64,000 nucleotides of DNA from Azospirillaceae bacterium (GTDB lineage: Bacteria > Pseudomonadota > Alphaproteobacteria > Azospirillales > Azospirillaceae), in NCBI GenBank assembly GCA_035645145.1, contig DASQNC010000022.1:1146-65145 (forward strand), written 5' to 3'. Each line of letters opens with the position of its first letter. The stretch's first letter is position 1. A program made the position numbers and the translations under genes. Below the pieces are notes generated by a model. It worked only from the letters and a program-made list of their open reading frames with translations, did no database searches and was not told the origin of the DNA. This document shows positions 26,017-35,664 of this stretch, one piece after another.

Positions 26017-26968
26017 GATGCCCCGGGAATCGGGAGGCGGCACCGTGAAGAGGGTGCCAGGGGGGAGCATGATCGGCGGACAGGACCGTATCCCGCTCGA
26101 CCGCGACGCGGCCCGAAACTTCCTGCCCTGGCTCGTCGCCATCGTCGTGTTCCTTGCCGGGCTGGTGGTGGCCGGGGCGGTGCTGGCGTCGGCCGTGGCC
26201 GGACGCTGGGATGCGGGCCTGCGCGGCGCGCTGACGGTGCAGATCCGTCCGCTGCCCGACACCACGGGTGCGGCTGCGTTCCCCGCGCAGATGGACGAGG
26301 CCCTGCGGATCCTGCGGGACACCCCCGGCGTCGTCGCGGCGGAGCCGCTGGCCCCCGATGCGCTTGCCGCGCTGGTGGCTCCATGGCTGGGACAGGGGCC
26401 GCTTCCAGCCGATCTGCCGATGCCCCAACTGGTCGATGTGCGGTTGGCGCCGGGCGCGGTGGTCGGCACGGACGCGCTCGAGGCGCGGTTGCGCGCGGTG
26501 GCACCCGGAAGCGTCGTGGACGACCACGGCACCTGGGCGGCTGAGGTGCTTTGGCTCGCCCGCGTTCTTCAGGTCGGGGCGGCGGCGGTCCTGGCCGCTG
26601 TGGCCGCCATTGCGGTTCTGGGCATCGTCTACGCCACCCGCGTCGGCTTTGCGACCCATGCCCAGGCCGTGTCGCTGATGCACCTGATCGGTGCGACCGA
26701 CGGCTACATCGCGGGCCAGTTCCAGCGGCGGGCCGTCGTTCTGGGGGCGTTGGGCGCCATCGCCGGCGGATTGGTCGCCGCGGCCGCCGTCCACGGTGTG
26801 TCGCTGGCGGTCGGCGGCGGGGCTGGCTTCGTCGGTGGCGCCGCGGCCGCACCGGGGCTTTGGCCCCGGATCTGGGGCGGCCTCGCCCTGGTGCCGGTCC
26901 TGGCGGTGGTCCTCGTGGCGCTGACAGCCCGGTGGACGGCACTTCGCGAACTGAAGCGGATGCCATGA
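26009..26968 (+). CDS. ftsX: Cell-division permease-like protein FtsX
   Basis: Follows and overlaps ftsE. One N-terminal TM, a periplasmic domain and three C-terminal TMs. The start is uncertain (ATG 26009, 26018 or 26069). Confidence 0.85.
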   Translation: MAEMPRESGGGTVKRVPGGSMIGGQDRIPLDRDAARNFLPWLVAIVVFLAGLVVAGAVLASAVAGRWDAGLRGALTVQIRPLPDTTGAAAFPAQMDEALRILRDTPGVVAAEPLAPDALAALVAPWLGQGPLPADLPMPQLVDVRLAPGAVVGTDALEARLRAVAPGSVVDDHGTWAAEVLWLARVLQVGAAAVLAAVAAIAVLGIVYATRVGFATHAQAVSLMHLIGATDGYIAGQFQRRAVVLGALGAIAGGLVAAAAVHGVSLAVGGGAGFVGGAAAAPGLWPRIWGGLALVPVLAVVLVALTARWTALRELKRMP

Positions 26969-27603
26969 GCCCCCGCCTGCGCGCGCTCGGCCGCGGACTG
27001 GCGTTGGCCGTACGAGTGTGCGCCCTCGTCCTGGTGGCGTTGGCCGCCGGCTTCCTTGCGTTCATCTACAGCCTCCCGCGTGAACCGTTGGAGGCCGGGG
27101 AACGAACCGACGCCATCGTGGTGCTGACCGGTGGCAGCGAGCGCCTGTCCGCCGGGGTGGAATTGCTGGCCGCCGGCCTGGCCGGGGTGCTCTACATCTC
27201 CGGCGTGCATCCGGACGTGGACCGGGCGCGCATCCAGAAGGTCACCGGTCTGGCGCCGGGCCGCTTCGATTGCTGCATCGAATTGGGCTATGCCGCCGCG
27301 AGCACGGCCGGAAACGCGCTTGAGACCGCGCAATGGATCCGCTCCCGCCAAGTGCGGTCGGTCCGGCTGGTGACGGCGCACTACCACATGCCGCGCAGCC
27401 TTTTGGAATTCCGGGCGGCACTGCCCGACGTGCGCATCGTGCCGCATCCGGTGGCGCCACCGCGGGTTCGCCTGGACGCATGGTGGCGGCATCCCGGCAC
27501 GGCGACCCTGCTAGCGGCGGAATACCTGAAATTCATCGCCGCCGGCCTGCGCGTGTCCATCGACACCCAGGGGCACGCCCTGTTCGGCAGCGCGTCACCT
27601 TAG
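26965..27603 (+). CDS. YdcF/ElyC (DUF218) family protein
   Basis: N-terminal TM; DAIVVLTGGSERL...; LVTAHYHMPRS. The ATG overlaps the ftsX stop (ATGA). Confidence 0.8.
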   Translation: MSPRLRALGRGLALAVRVCALVLVALAAGFLAFIYSLPREPLEAGERTDAIVVLTGGSERLSAGVELLAAGLAGVLYISGVHPDVDRARIQKVTGLAPGRFDCCIELGYAAASTAGNALETAQWIRSRQVRSVRLVTAHYHMPRSLLEFRAALPDVRIVPHPVAPPRVRLDAWWRHPGTATLLAAEYLKFIAAGLRVSIDTQGHALFGSASP

Positions 27604-27646
27604 CCGGTTGCGGACAGCCCAGCCGGTCAGATGTAGACGGGGCGCC

Positions 27647-28381
27647 ATGCGCATCGCGGCCATCTCCGACGTCCACGGCAATCTGGCGGCACTCGACGCA
27701 GCGCTGGCCGACATCGCCATCCAAGGGGTCGATCTCACCGTCAACCTTGGCGACCTCGTTTCCGGGCCGCTTGAGCCCGCCGCCACGGCCGACCGCCTGA
27801 TGCCGCTCGGGCTGGCAACGATCCGCGGCAACCATGAGCGCCAGCTTTTGGCATTGCCGGTGGAGCGCATGGGCGCCTCCGACCGCTATGCCCATGGGCA
27901 ACTGACCGACCGGCATCGGGCTTGGCTGGACGGCCTGCCGCCGACGATATGGGTCGCCGGGGACGTGTTCCTGTGCCACGGGACGCCCGACAGCGACGTC
28001 ACCTACTTCCTCGAGACCGTTGCCGAAGAGGGCGCCCGGCCGGCGACACCCGAGGAGGTCGCCACGCGGGCCGGCGGCTGCACGGCGGCTGCCATCCTGT
28101 GCGGGCATACCCACATGCCACGCACACACCGGCTGTCCGGTGGCCAACTGATCGTCAATCCGGGTTCGGTGGGGTTGCCTGCGTTCGAGGACAACCACCC
28201 GCATCCCCACCGGATGGAAGCGGGTTCGCCGCACGCGCGCTACGCGATCCTCGACCGTGGCCTGACCGGCTGGACCGCCGAACTGCGCGCAGTCGAATAC
28301 GATTGGGAGGTGTCCGCCCGCCTTGCGGCCGCGCACGGCCGCCCCGATTGGGCGACCGCGCTTCGAACCGGCCGGATGTAG
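27647..28381 (+). CDS. Metallophosphoesterase (calcineurin-like)
   Basis: MRIAAISDVHGN, GDLVSGP, GNHE, CGHTH, NPGSVG metal-ligand motifs. Confidence 0.87.
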   Translation: MRIAAISDVHGNLAALDAALADIAIQGVDLTVNLGDLVSGPLEPAATADRLMPLGLATIRGNHERQLLALPVERMGASDRYAHGQLTDRHRAWLDGLPPTIWVAGDVFLCHGTPDSDVTYFLETVAEEGARPATPEEVATRAGGCTAAAILCGHTHMPRTHRLSGGQLIVNPGSVGLPAFEDNHPHPHRMEAGSPHARYAILDRGLTGWTAELRAVEYDWEVSARLAAAHGRPDWATALRTGRM

Positions 28382-28396
28382 GGCCGACGGCTGCCC

Positions 28397-29176
28397 TCAG
28401 AGCGCCCGGACGATGCGCCGGACGACGGTGGCGGCATTCCCGGCCGCGACCGGCAGGAATGCGCCGAAATCCATGTGGCTGGTCGCGCCGGCCAGATCCG
28501 ACAGGCAGCGCACCACGACCCACGGGATCCCGAACCGCTCGGCCACCTGGGCGACGGCGCCGCCCTCCATCTCCACCGCCTGGGCGGCGAAGCCGCCGTG
28601 CAGGCGTCGGCGGGTGGCCTCGCAGTTCACGAAGGCGTCGCCGGTCAGGACCGTCCCAAACACCAGGCGCGGCACCCGCGGCGCATCGCCGGTCGCCTGG
28701 GCCGGGACTTCCGGAAGCGACACGCCGTCCAGGGCACGGTGCAGCGTCTGGCGCAGCGCCGTCGGCACGTCGTAGCCGTGGGTCGGGTCGAATCCGGGCA
28801 GGGGGATGTTGCCGGGCTGGTAGGGCCGCAGCGCCCCGTCCACCACCGCCCCATAGTCGTGCTGGACCACCCGGTCGGCCACCACCACGTCGCCCACGCC
28901 CAGGTCCGGGTCCAGTCCGCCGGCGACGCCGCTGAACACCAGGGCGCGGCAGCCGAACTCGCGGGCGAGCAGGGTGGCCGTCACGGCGGCGTTGACCTTG
29001 CCGATCCCGGTTTCCACCAGGACGGCGTCCCGCCCTTCCACCCGGGTTCGTTCGAACCGCTGGCCGGCGATCTCGACCGCGTCGGCCTCGTCCCCGCGCA
29101 GATGCGCCATCTCTTCCGGAATGGCGGCGATGATGCCCAGGGGGCCTTGGGTGCGTGCTTGGGCGTCAGCTGTCAT
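28397..29176 (-). CDS. mtnN: 5'-methylthioadenosine/S-adenosylhomocysteine nucleosidase
   Basis: GIIAAIPEE..., [31 protein letters not shown] (PNP/UDP-1 fold). Confidence 0.87.
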   Translation of the reverse strand: MTADAQARTQGPLGIIAAIPEEMAHLRGDEADAVEIAGQRFERTRVEGRDAVLVETGIGKVNAAVTATLLAREFGCRALVFSGVAGGLDPDLGVGDVVVADRVVQHDYGAVVDGALRPYQPGNIPLPGFDPTHGYDVPTALRQTLHRALDGVSLPEVPAQATGDAPRVPRLVFGTVLTGDAFVNCEATRRRLHGGFAAQAVEMEGGAVAQVAERFGIPWVVVRCLSDLAGATSHMDFGAFLPVAAGNAATVVRRIVRAL

Positions 29177-29681
29177 AGGCGACCAGCGATTCGACCGGCA
29201 CGTCCAGCTTCCGGCGGCCGTTCAGGAAACTCAGTTCGATGATGAAGGCCGCCGCCTGCACGTCGGCGCCCAGCCGTTTCAGCAGCGTGACCGCCGCCGC
29301 GGCCGTGCCGCCCGTCGCCAGCAGATCGTCCAGCACCACGACCCGTTGGCCGGGGCGGACGGCGTCGCGCTGCACCTCGATGGTGTCGGTCCCGTATTCC
29401 AGGTCGTAGCTGTGCTGCACCACGTCGCCCGGGAGCTTCCCGCGCTTGCGGACCATGACGAACCCGGTGCCGAGCGCCAGCGCCAGGGGGGCGGCGGCCA
29501 GGAAACCGCGGGACTCGATGCCCACCAGCACGTCCGGCCGGTACGGCCGGATCCGGTCGGCCAGCATGTCCACCGCCGCGTGCCACGCCTCGGCATGGGC
29601 GAGCAGGGTCGAAATGTCGTAGAACAGGATGCCCGGTTTCGGAAAATCCGGGACGCTTCGGATATGTGCTTTGAGGTCCAT
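29166..29681 (-). CDS. apt: Adenine phosphoribosyltransferase
   Basis: 171 aa. [28 protein letters not shown] loop [13 protein letters not shown]. The stop overlaps the mtnN start by 11 nt. Confidence 0.95.
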   Translation of the reverse strand: MDLKAHIRSVPDFPKPGILFYDISTLLAHAEAWHAAVDMLADRIRPYRPDVLVGIESRGFLAAAPLALALGTGFVMVRKRGKLPGDVVQHSYDLEYGTDTIEVQRDAVRPGQRVVVLDDLLATGGTAAAAVTLLKRLGADVQAAAFIIELSFLNGRRKLDVPVESLVAYDS

Positions 29682-29797
29682 CGCCTCGGCCCCTAACGAA
29701 TGGCGCGGCACGCTAGCATGGGCGGCGGGGTGGCGGAAGTTGCACCATCCGGCGGCTCGTGTAGGTTCCTGGCCGGTCGGCTGAGCGGAGGCGGTCC

Positions 29798-30469
29798 TTG
29801 GGTGCGTGGTACGGACAAAAGGGCGGACGGCGCGCGTGGTCCCGCCTGCTCGGGGCGGTTGCCGCGCTGACGCTGTTGGGGGCGTGCGGTTCGGATGGGG
29901 CGCGGCGCGTGGACGTGGCCGCGCCGCAGGACCCCCCATCCGTCCGCAAGGCCTTCGATCGGGAGCGGGCGGGAACGGTCGCGGGCCTGGCGCGAGAGGC
30001 GGCGGCCAGAGGGCGTCCCCGCGATGCCCTGCAGGCCTACGCGGCGGCGATCGAACAGTGGCCGGCGGACGCGGGACTGTGGTCGGCGCTGGCCGACCAG
30101 TACGAGGCCGTCGGCCGTCCCGAGGGACGGGACTACGCCCGGTTCTTCGCCGCGCGGATGGACATCTGGAATGCGCTGCACCCCCGCGCGGCCGCGGCCT
30201 CGCTGGACGGCATGCGGCCGCCGGACGCCGCAAAGGAACCGTCCCTGCGCCAGTCCTATGTGGAGTCCGCGGCCCTGCTGGCGCGGTTCTACCGCGGCCA
30301 GTACGAGGACGTGCGCGAGGTGCGGGTCGCCGAGGAGCGCGCACGCATCCCGTTCTACGAGCCCTACTTGGCCTATCCGGCGGCATTGGCCGGGGCGGGG
30401 GCGGTCTTCGGTTCGTTCTTCCAGTTCGCCCGCGGCCTGAGCACCGAGGCCAACGCCGCGCGCCGCTGA
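29798..30469 (+). CDS. Hypothetical lipoprotein (TPR-like helical, C-terminal hydrophobic segment)
   Basis: TTG start with GGAGG 6 nt upstream. Lipobox LTLLGA|C. No recognisable enzyme motif. Confidence 0.6.
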   Translation: MGAWYGQKGGRRAWSRLLGAVAALTLLGACGSDGARRVDVAAPQDPPSVRKAFDRERAGTVAGLAREAAARGRPRDALQAYAAAIEQWPADAGLWSALADQYEAVGRPEGRDYARFFAARMDIWNALHPRAAAASLDGMRPPDAAKEPSLRQSYVESAALLARFYRGQYEDVREVRVAEERARIPFYEPYLAYPAALAGAGAVFGSFFQFARGLSTEANAARR

Positions 30470-30511
30470 CGCTCCCGGCACCAACCGGAGGGCGTTGGGC
30501 AGCCGGCGCGG

Positions 30512-30835
30512 TCAGCTCCGGTTCGAGCGGACGCCCAGATCGACGGCGGTGTTCAGCAGGCCGAGCACGGCGTCGGCCAGAATCGCAACACCTCCGCCCA
30601 CACCGGTCCATCCGGCCCAGTGCAGCATCGTCTGGCCGACCTGTCCCGGTCCCTCCATTGCGATGGCAAGGCCGAACCAGGCCAGGATGCCGGCGCAGAC
30701 CACCATCAGCCAGCCCAGGCGGTTCAGCCGGTCGGCAATCCGCTTGCGGGGCATGGACCGGGGAGTTGCCGCGGACTGGGCCGAGGACGGATCGATCTGA
30801 GCGGAAATATCGGCCATGGACGGACGTGATCGCAT
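30512..30835 (-). CDS. Small two-TM membrane protein, hypothetical
   Basis: 107 aa (or 101 aa from ATG 30817). Hydrophobic stretches [18 protein letters not shown] and [15 protein letters not shown]. Weak Shine-Dalgarno. Confidence 0.45.
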   Translation of the reverse strand: MRSRPSMADISAQIDPSSAQSAATPRSMPRKRIADRLNRLGWLMVVCAGILAWFGLAIAMEGPGQVGQTMLHWAGWTGVGGGVAILADAVLGLLNTAVDLGVRSNRS

Positions 30836-30954
30836 GTGGGGCGCGCGTCGGATACGCGGCCCTTAAACTGCGCCCGCCGGGCCCGTTCCGCAACCTCCCG
30901 CCCATCCGCGCCCCTTCGCAGCCGGGTCCGACTGGCGTAGGATCCTGCGTGCCA

Positions 30955-30964
30955 AACGATCGTT
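30955..30964. promoter_or_regulatory. Palindrome AACGATCGTT (extended CCAAACGATCGTTCGG) just upstream of the CoA-transferase operon
   Basis: Perfect 10-bp palindrome about 15 nt upstream of ATG 30979, overlapping the Shine-Dalgarno-proximal region. Confidence 0.3.
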
Positions 30965-30978
30965 CGGTCGGAGGGGGC

Positions 30979-32148
30979 ATGTCGGAAGGTGGCCGGACCG
31001 CGCGTGGTCCGCTGGACGGGGTCCGGATCCTCGAAATGGCCGGGATCGGTCCCGGTCCCTACTGCGCGATGCTGCTGGGCGACCTTGGCGCCGACGTGCT
31101 GCGGATCGACCGGCCGGGCGGCGACCCGAACGGACTGCCGTTGCCGCCGCGCTTCGATCCAACCCGCCGATCGCGCCGCTCGGTCGCGCTCGACCTCAAG
31201 CATCCCGATGCGGTGGCCCTGGTCCTCCGCCTCGTCGAACAGGCCGATGCGCTGATCGAAGGGTACCGGCCGGGGGTGATGGAACGCCTCGGACTGGGGC
31301 CGGATGCCTGCCTTGCCCGCAACCCCAGGCTGGTCTTCGGGCGGGTCACGGGGTGGGGGCAGGATGGGCCGCTGGCCCAGGCCGCCGGCCACGATCTGAA
31401 CTACATCGCCGTCACCGGCGCGTTGGATGCCATCGGTCCCGCGGACCGTCCCGTGCCGCCGCTGAACCTGATCGGCGATTATGCCGGCGGTTCGCTGTTC
31501 CTGGCGCTCGGCCTTCTGGCCGGGATCATCGAGGCCCGGCGGTCCGGCCGCGGTCAGGTGGTCGATGCCGCAATGGTGGACGGGGCGGCGAACCTGATGT
31601 CGATCTTTTACGGGATGCGGGCCGCAGGGCAGTGGCGGGACCAGCGGCGCTCCAACCTTCTGGATGGCGGCGCGCCGTTCTACGACACCTATGCCTGCGC
31701 CGACGGCCGCTTCGTCTCGGTGGCGCCGCTGGAGCCCAAGTTCTTCCGGGTCCTGGCCGAGCGCCTCGGGCTGGAGGCGGCGGACGTGGAGGGCCAGTGG
31801 CGCACCGGGGACTGGCCCCGCCTGCGGGCACGCCTCGTGGATCTGTTCCGGACGCGCACACGCGACGAATGGGCCGCCCTGCTGGAGGGCACGGACGCCT
31901 GCTTCGCACCCGTCATGGGAATGGACGAAGCCCCCGCGCATCCGCACCTCGCCGCCCGCGGCACCTTCGTGGATGTGGCCGGCGTCGTCCAGCCCGGTCC
32001 CGCACCGCGCTTCAGCCGCACGCCGGCGGCGGTGTCGTGCCCGCCGCCCGAACCCGGCCGGGACACGCGCACGGCGCTGGCGGCATGGGGTGTGCCCACC
32101 GAGACGGTCGACGCCCTGGTGGGGTCCGGGGGGCTGGTGCAGGCTTGA
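30979..32148 (+). CDS. Family III CoA-transferase (CaiB/BaiF); alpha-methylacyl-CoA racemase-like
   Basis: [38 protein letters not shown]..., [21 protein letters not shown], and a catalytic Asp context. Confidence 0.88.
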   Translation: MSEGGRTARGPLDGVRILEMAGIGPGPYCAMLLGDLGADVLRIDRPGGDPNGLPLPPRFDPTRRSRRSVALDLKHPDAVALVLRLVEQADALIEGYRPGVMERLGLGPDACLARNPRLVFGRVTGWGQDGPLAQAAGHDLNYIAVTGALDAIGPADRPVPPLNLIGDYAGGSLFLALGLLAGIIEARRSGRGQVVDAAMVDGAANLMSIFYGMRAAGQWRDQRRSNLLDGGAPFYDTYACADGRFVSVAPLEPKFFRVLAERLGLEAADVEGQWRTGDWPRLRARLVDLFRTRTRDEWAALLEGTDACFAPVMGMDEAPAHPHLAARGTFVDVAGVVQPGPAPRFSRTPAAVSCPPPEPGRDTRTALAAWGVPTETVDALVGSGGLVQA

Positions 32149-32177
32149 ACCGGCAACGAAAAGACGGGGAGGGGGCG

Positions 32178-32951
32178 ATGCCGCGGTACGAGGGGCGGTT
32201 CGATGGCAAGGTGGCCTTGATCACCGGCGGGGCATCGGGTTTCGGCCTGACCACGGCCCGGCGGTTTGTGGCCGAGGGCGGGAAGGTCGTGATCACCGAC
32301 GTGAATGTGGCCGGCGGCGAGGCGGCGGCGGCCGAACTCGGCCCCAATGCCGCGTTCGAGGCGCACGACGTGGTGGACGAGGCGCGCTGGTCCCAGGTGC
32401 TGGAAGGAGCGGTCGCGCGTTTCGGGCGGCTGGATGTGCTGGTGAACAATGCCGGCATGTCCCTGCACCGCGACGTCGAGAACACCACGCTCGAGCAGTG
32501 GCGGGGCATGTTCGCCGTGAACGTCGACGGGGTGTTCCTGGGGTGCAAGCACGGCGTCCGGGTGATGAAGGCGTCCGGCGGCGGGGCGATCGTCAATGTT
32601 TCGTCCATCGCGGGCATCGTCGGCCACCACGCCATGGCCGCCTACAACGCGTCCAAGGGGGCGGTCCGGATGCTGACCAAGTCGGTGGCGTTGCACTGCG
32701 CGCGCCATGGCTACGGCATCCGTTGCAATTCCGTGCATCCGTCCTTCGCCGATACGCCCATGCTGGGCGGAATGATCGCCGAGCGCCGCAATCCCGAAGG
32801 GTTCCGCAGTGCCTTGACGGGGGCAGCGCCCCTGGGGCGCCTTTTGACCGCCGACGAGGTGGCCGGGTTGATCCTGTACCTGGCCAGCGACGAGGCGGGC
32901 TTCATCACCGGCGCCGAGTACGTCATCGACGGCGGCATCTCCGCCATGTGA
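32178..32951 (+). CDS. Short-chain dehydrogenase/reductase (SDR)
   Basis: GKVALITGGASGFG, NNAG, S...YNASK, FITGAEYVIDGG. Confidence 0.9.
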   Translation: MPRYEGRFDGKVALITGGASGFGLTTARRFVAEGGKVVITDVNVAGGEAAAAELGPNAAFEAHDVVDEARWSQVLEGAVARFGRLDVLVNNAGMSLHRDVENTTLEQWRGMFAVNVDGVFLGCKHGVRVMKASGGGAIVNVSSIAGIVGHHAMAAYNASKGAVRMLTKSVALHCARHGYGIRCNSVHPSFADTPMLGGMIAERRNPEGFRSALTGAAPLGRLLTADEVAGLILYLASDEAGFITGAEYVIDGGISAM

Positions 32952-32992
32952 TCCAGCGGCCCGGCCGCGAACAAGAACAGGGGGACAAGACG

Positions 32993-34021
32993 ATGACCGT
33001 GAACCGCCGGATCACGCTGGCCGCGCGCCCGGCCGGCGCGCCGAAGGACAGCGACTTCCGCATGGTCGAGGAACCCGTGCCCGAACCCGGACCCGGGCAA
33101 TTCCTGGCGCGGGTGATCTACCTGTCGCTCGACCCCTACATGCGCGGGCGGATGAGCGACGGGCCGTCCTATGCCACGCCGGTCGGGATCGGCGACGTCA
33201 TGGTCGGGGGCACCGTGGCGCAGGTCGCGAAGTCCAACAATCCGGGGTTCCCGGAAGGCTCGTTCGTGCTGGGCATGTTCGGCTGGCAGGAATATGCGCT
33301 GAGCGACGGGGCCGGGGTGCGCAAGCTCGACCCCCGCGACGGCCCCTTGTCCCTGGCGCTGGGTACGCTGGGCATGCCCGGGATGACCGCCTGGTACGGC
33401 CTGACCCAGATCGGCCAGCCGAAGGCCGGCGAGACGGTGGTGGTGTCGGCCGCCGCCGGGGCGGTCGGATCGGTGGCCGGGCAGCTTGCCAAGGCCAGGG
33501 GCGCGCGGGCGGTCGGCATTGCCGGCGGCGCCGAGAAGTGCCGTTTGGTGACCGAACACTATGGCTTCGACGCCTGCGTGGACTACAAGGCGCCGGATTT
33601 CCCCCGCCTGCTGGCCGAGGCCTGCCCCGACGGCGTCGACGTCTATTTCGAGAATGTGGGCGGGGCCGTGTCGGATGCGGTGCTGAAGCGGCTGAACGTT
33701 TTCGCCCGTGTGCCGGTGTGCGGCCTGATCGCCCACTACAACGACGAGGAGCTGCCGCCCGGCCCGAATCGGATGCCGCTCCTGATGCGGTTGGTCCTGG
33801 TCAAGCGGCTGCGGATCGAGGGTTTCATCGTATCCGACCATTTCCAGCGGACCGGCGAATTCCTGCGCGAAGTCGTGCCGATGGTCCGGGACGGGCGGAT
33901 CAAGGTGAAGGAAGACATCGTGGAAGGCATCGGGAACGCGGTGTCCGCGTTCCAGGGCCTGCTCCAGGGGCGCAACGTCGGCAAGCTGCTGGTGCGCGTC
34001 TCGCCCGATCCGACGCGCTGA
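32993..34021 (+). CDS. NADP-dependent enone/alkenal oxidoreductase (CurA/YncB, PTGR-like MDR)
   Basis: Near-colinear with E. coli CurA as recalled from memory: YLSLDPYMRGRMSD, GMPGMTAWYGL, AAAGAVGS, YFENVGG, PVCGLI..YN. Confidence 0.9.
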   Translation: MTVNRRITLAARPAGAPKDSDFRMVEEPVPEPGPGQFLARVIYLSLDPYMRGRMSDGPSYATPVGIGDVMVGGTVAQVAKSNNPGFPEGSFVLGMFGWQEYALSDGAGVRKLDPRDGPLSLALGTLGMPGMTAWYGLTQIGQPKAGETVVVSAAAGAVGSVAGQLAKARGARAVGIAGGAEKCRLVTEHYGFDACVDYKAPDFPRLLAEACPDGVDVYFENVGGAVSDAVLKRLNVFARVPVCGLIAHYNDEELPPGPNRMPLLMRLVLVKRLRIEGFIVSDHFQRTGEFLREVVPMVRDGRIKVKEDIVEGIGNAVSAFQGLLQGRNVGKLLVRVSPDPTR

Positions 34022-34149
34022 GGCGGTGGCGTGCCAGGGGGATGGGGCCGGCATTGTCCGCCTGTCCCCCGTCGGGGCATCCCCATGCTTCTCGTCATCA
34101 CCCCGGACGCGGCGCCGGCACGGAAGGGCGTGGGGATGCGGCCGGGAAT

Positions 34150-34491
34150 TTAGCGCTTGGCCCGCTCGGACTTGAACAGTTCCGTGATGGTCACGCCCAT
34201 CCGCTCCTCCAACATCGCGACGTCGCCGCGGCCGACGAAGAAGCCGGCCACGTACACGTCGGCGGTCGAACGGACGGAGCGGTCCAGCTCCACCACGGCG
34301 CCACGGCCGAGTTTCAGGATGTCGCGCACCCGCAGCGTGGCCGTGCCCAGCACGACGCGGAGTTCCACCTCGGTCTCCTCGATCGCCTTGCGATCACCGC
34401 TGGTCGCCGCTTTGGCCGCCTTGGCAACGCTTGATTTTTCGCCGTTCGCAAGGCCGAAATCGACGAGATCATCGTTCTGGGTGGGTGCCAT
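34150..34491 (-). CDS. fliN: Flagellar motor switch protein FliN (SpoA domain)
   Basis: 113 aa. C-terminal VELRVVLGTATLRVRDILKLGRGAVVELDRSV...DVYVAGFFVGRGDVAMLEERMGVTITE is typical of FliN/FliY SpoA. GGGGAGA Shine-Dalgarno. Confidence 0.85.
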   Translation of the reverse strand: MAPTQNDDLVDFGLANGEKSSVAKAAKAATSGDRKAIEETEVELRVVLGTATLRVRDILKLGRGAVVELDRSVRSTADVYVAGFFVGRGDVAMLEERMGVTITELFKSERAKR

Positions 34492-34632
34492 GGTCTCCCC
34501 GGTGCTGGTCCGGTGCTCGTATCCCGAAGCCAGACTAGCACGAAGGGGTTAATTCTGGGAGCGAAAGCCGTCCGTTCCGTATTCGGGACGTACCCTGCGC
34601 CGACTGGCCCGCAGGCCAAATCCCCAGAAGAA

Positions 34633-34658
34633 CCGGGCGCATGGAACCATGCGCCCGG
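34633..34658 (-). terminator. Rho-independent terminator of the minus-strand quinone oxidoreductase/SDR operon
   Basis: Perfect CCGGGCGCATGG-TT-CCATGCGCCCGG, followed on the minus strand by TTCTTCT. Confidence 0.7.
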
Positions 34659-34663
34659 CGGTA

Positions 34664-35632
34664 TCACGTCATGGTCACGACGAGTTTCCCCACGGCACGG
34701 CGGCCGGCGAGGTCGGTGATCGCGTCCGCGGCGCGGGCCAGCGGATAGGTGGCCGACACCAAGGGCCGAATGGCGCCTTCCGCGTGCCAGCGGATCAGCT
34801 CGCCCAGGCCGGACATCAGCACCCCGGGATTCTGTTGCCGGTAGGCCCCCCAGAAAACGCCCACCAGACTGGCGTTCTTGACCAGCAGCAGGTTGGCCGC
34901 GACCTGCGGGATCTTGCCCGATGCGAAGCCCACCACCAGGACGCGGCCTTCCCACTTGATGCCGCGCAGCGCCTGTTCGAACAGGTCGCCGCCGACGGGG
35001 TCGTAGACCACATCGGCGCCACCGAGCGCCTTCAGCCGCTCGCGCAGGTCCTCGCGGGTGTAGTCGATCAGCTCGTCCGCGCCGTGCGCCTTGGCGACGG
35101 CCAGCTTTTCGGGGCTGCTGGCCGCCGCGATGACGCGCGCGCCGAGCTTCCGGCCGATCTCGACCGCGGTCAGGCCGACGCCGCCCGCGGCGCCGAGCAC
35201 CAGAAGCGTTTCCCCGGCCTTGAGGTTCGCCCGGTGCGTCAGCGCCAGGTGCGAGGTGCCGTAGGCGACCGCGAACGACGCGGCCACGTCGAAGTCCATG
35301 CCCGGCGGGATGGGCAGCGTGCCCGCGGCATCCGTCACCGCCAACTCGGCCAGCCCGCCCCATTGCAGCATCGCCGCCACCCGGTCGCCGACGCGCGGTT
35401 GGTCGACGCCCGGACCCACCGCGTCCACGACGCCCGCGATCTCCACGCCCGGTGAAAAGGGCAGCGGCGGACGAACCTGGTACTTGCCCTGGATGATGAG
35501 GGTGTCGAGGAAGTTCAGCCCGCAGGCCATCACCCGCACCCGGACCTGGCCCGGACCGGGCACGGGGTCGGGCACGTCCTCGATCCTCAGGCTTTCCGGC
35601 GGCCCCCACTCCCGGCAGACAAGTGCTTTCAT
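34664..35632 (-). CDS. NADPH:quinone oxidoreductase (MDR)
   Basis: MKALVCREWGPPESLRIEDVPDPVPGPGQVRVRVMACGLNFLD, GAAGGVG. C-terminal part of ORF 34664..36190. Confidence 0.9.
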   Translation of the reverse strand: MKALVCREWGPPESLRIEDVPDPVPGPGQVRVRVMACGLNFLDTLIIQGKYQVRPPLPFSPGVEIAGVVDAVGPGVDQPRVGDRVAAMLQWGGLAELAVTDAAGTLPIPPGMDFDVAASFAVAYGTSHLALTHRANLKAGETLLVLGAAGGVGLTAVEIGRKLGARVIAAASSPEKLAVAKAHGADELIDYTREDLRERLKALGGADVVYDPVGGDLFEQALRGIKWEGRVLVVGFASGKIPQVAANLLLVKNASLVGVFWGAYRQQNPGVLMSGLGELIRWHAEGAIRPLVSATYPLARAADAITDLAGRRAVGKLVVTMT

Positions 35633-35664
35633 GGCTGTTCCCCTCCTTGGATCCGCACGCCGCC

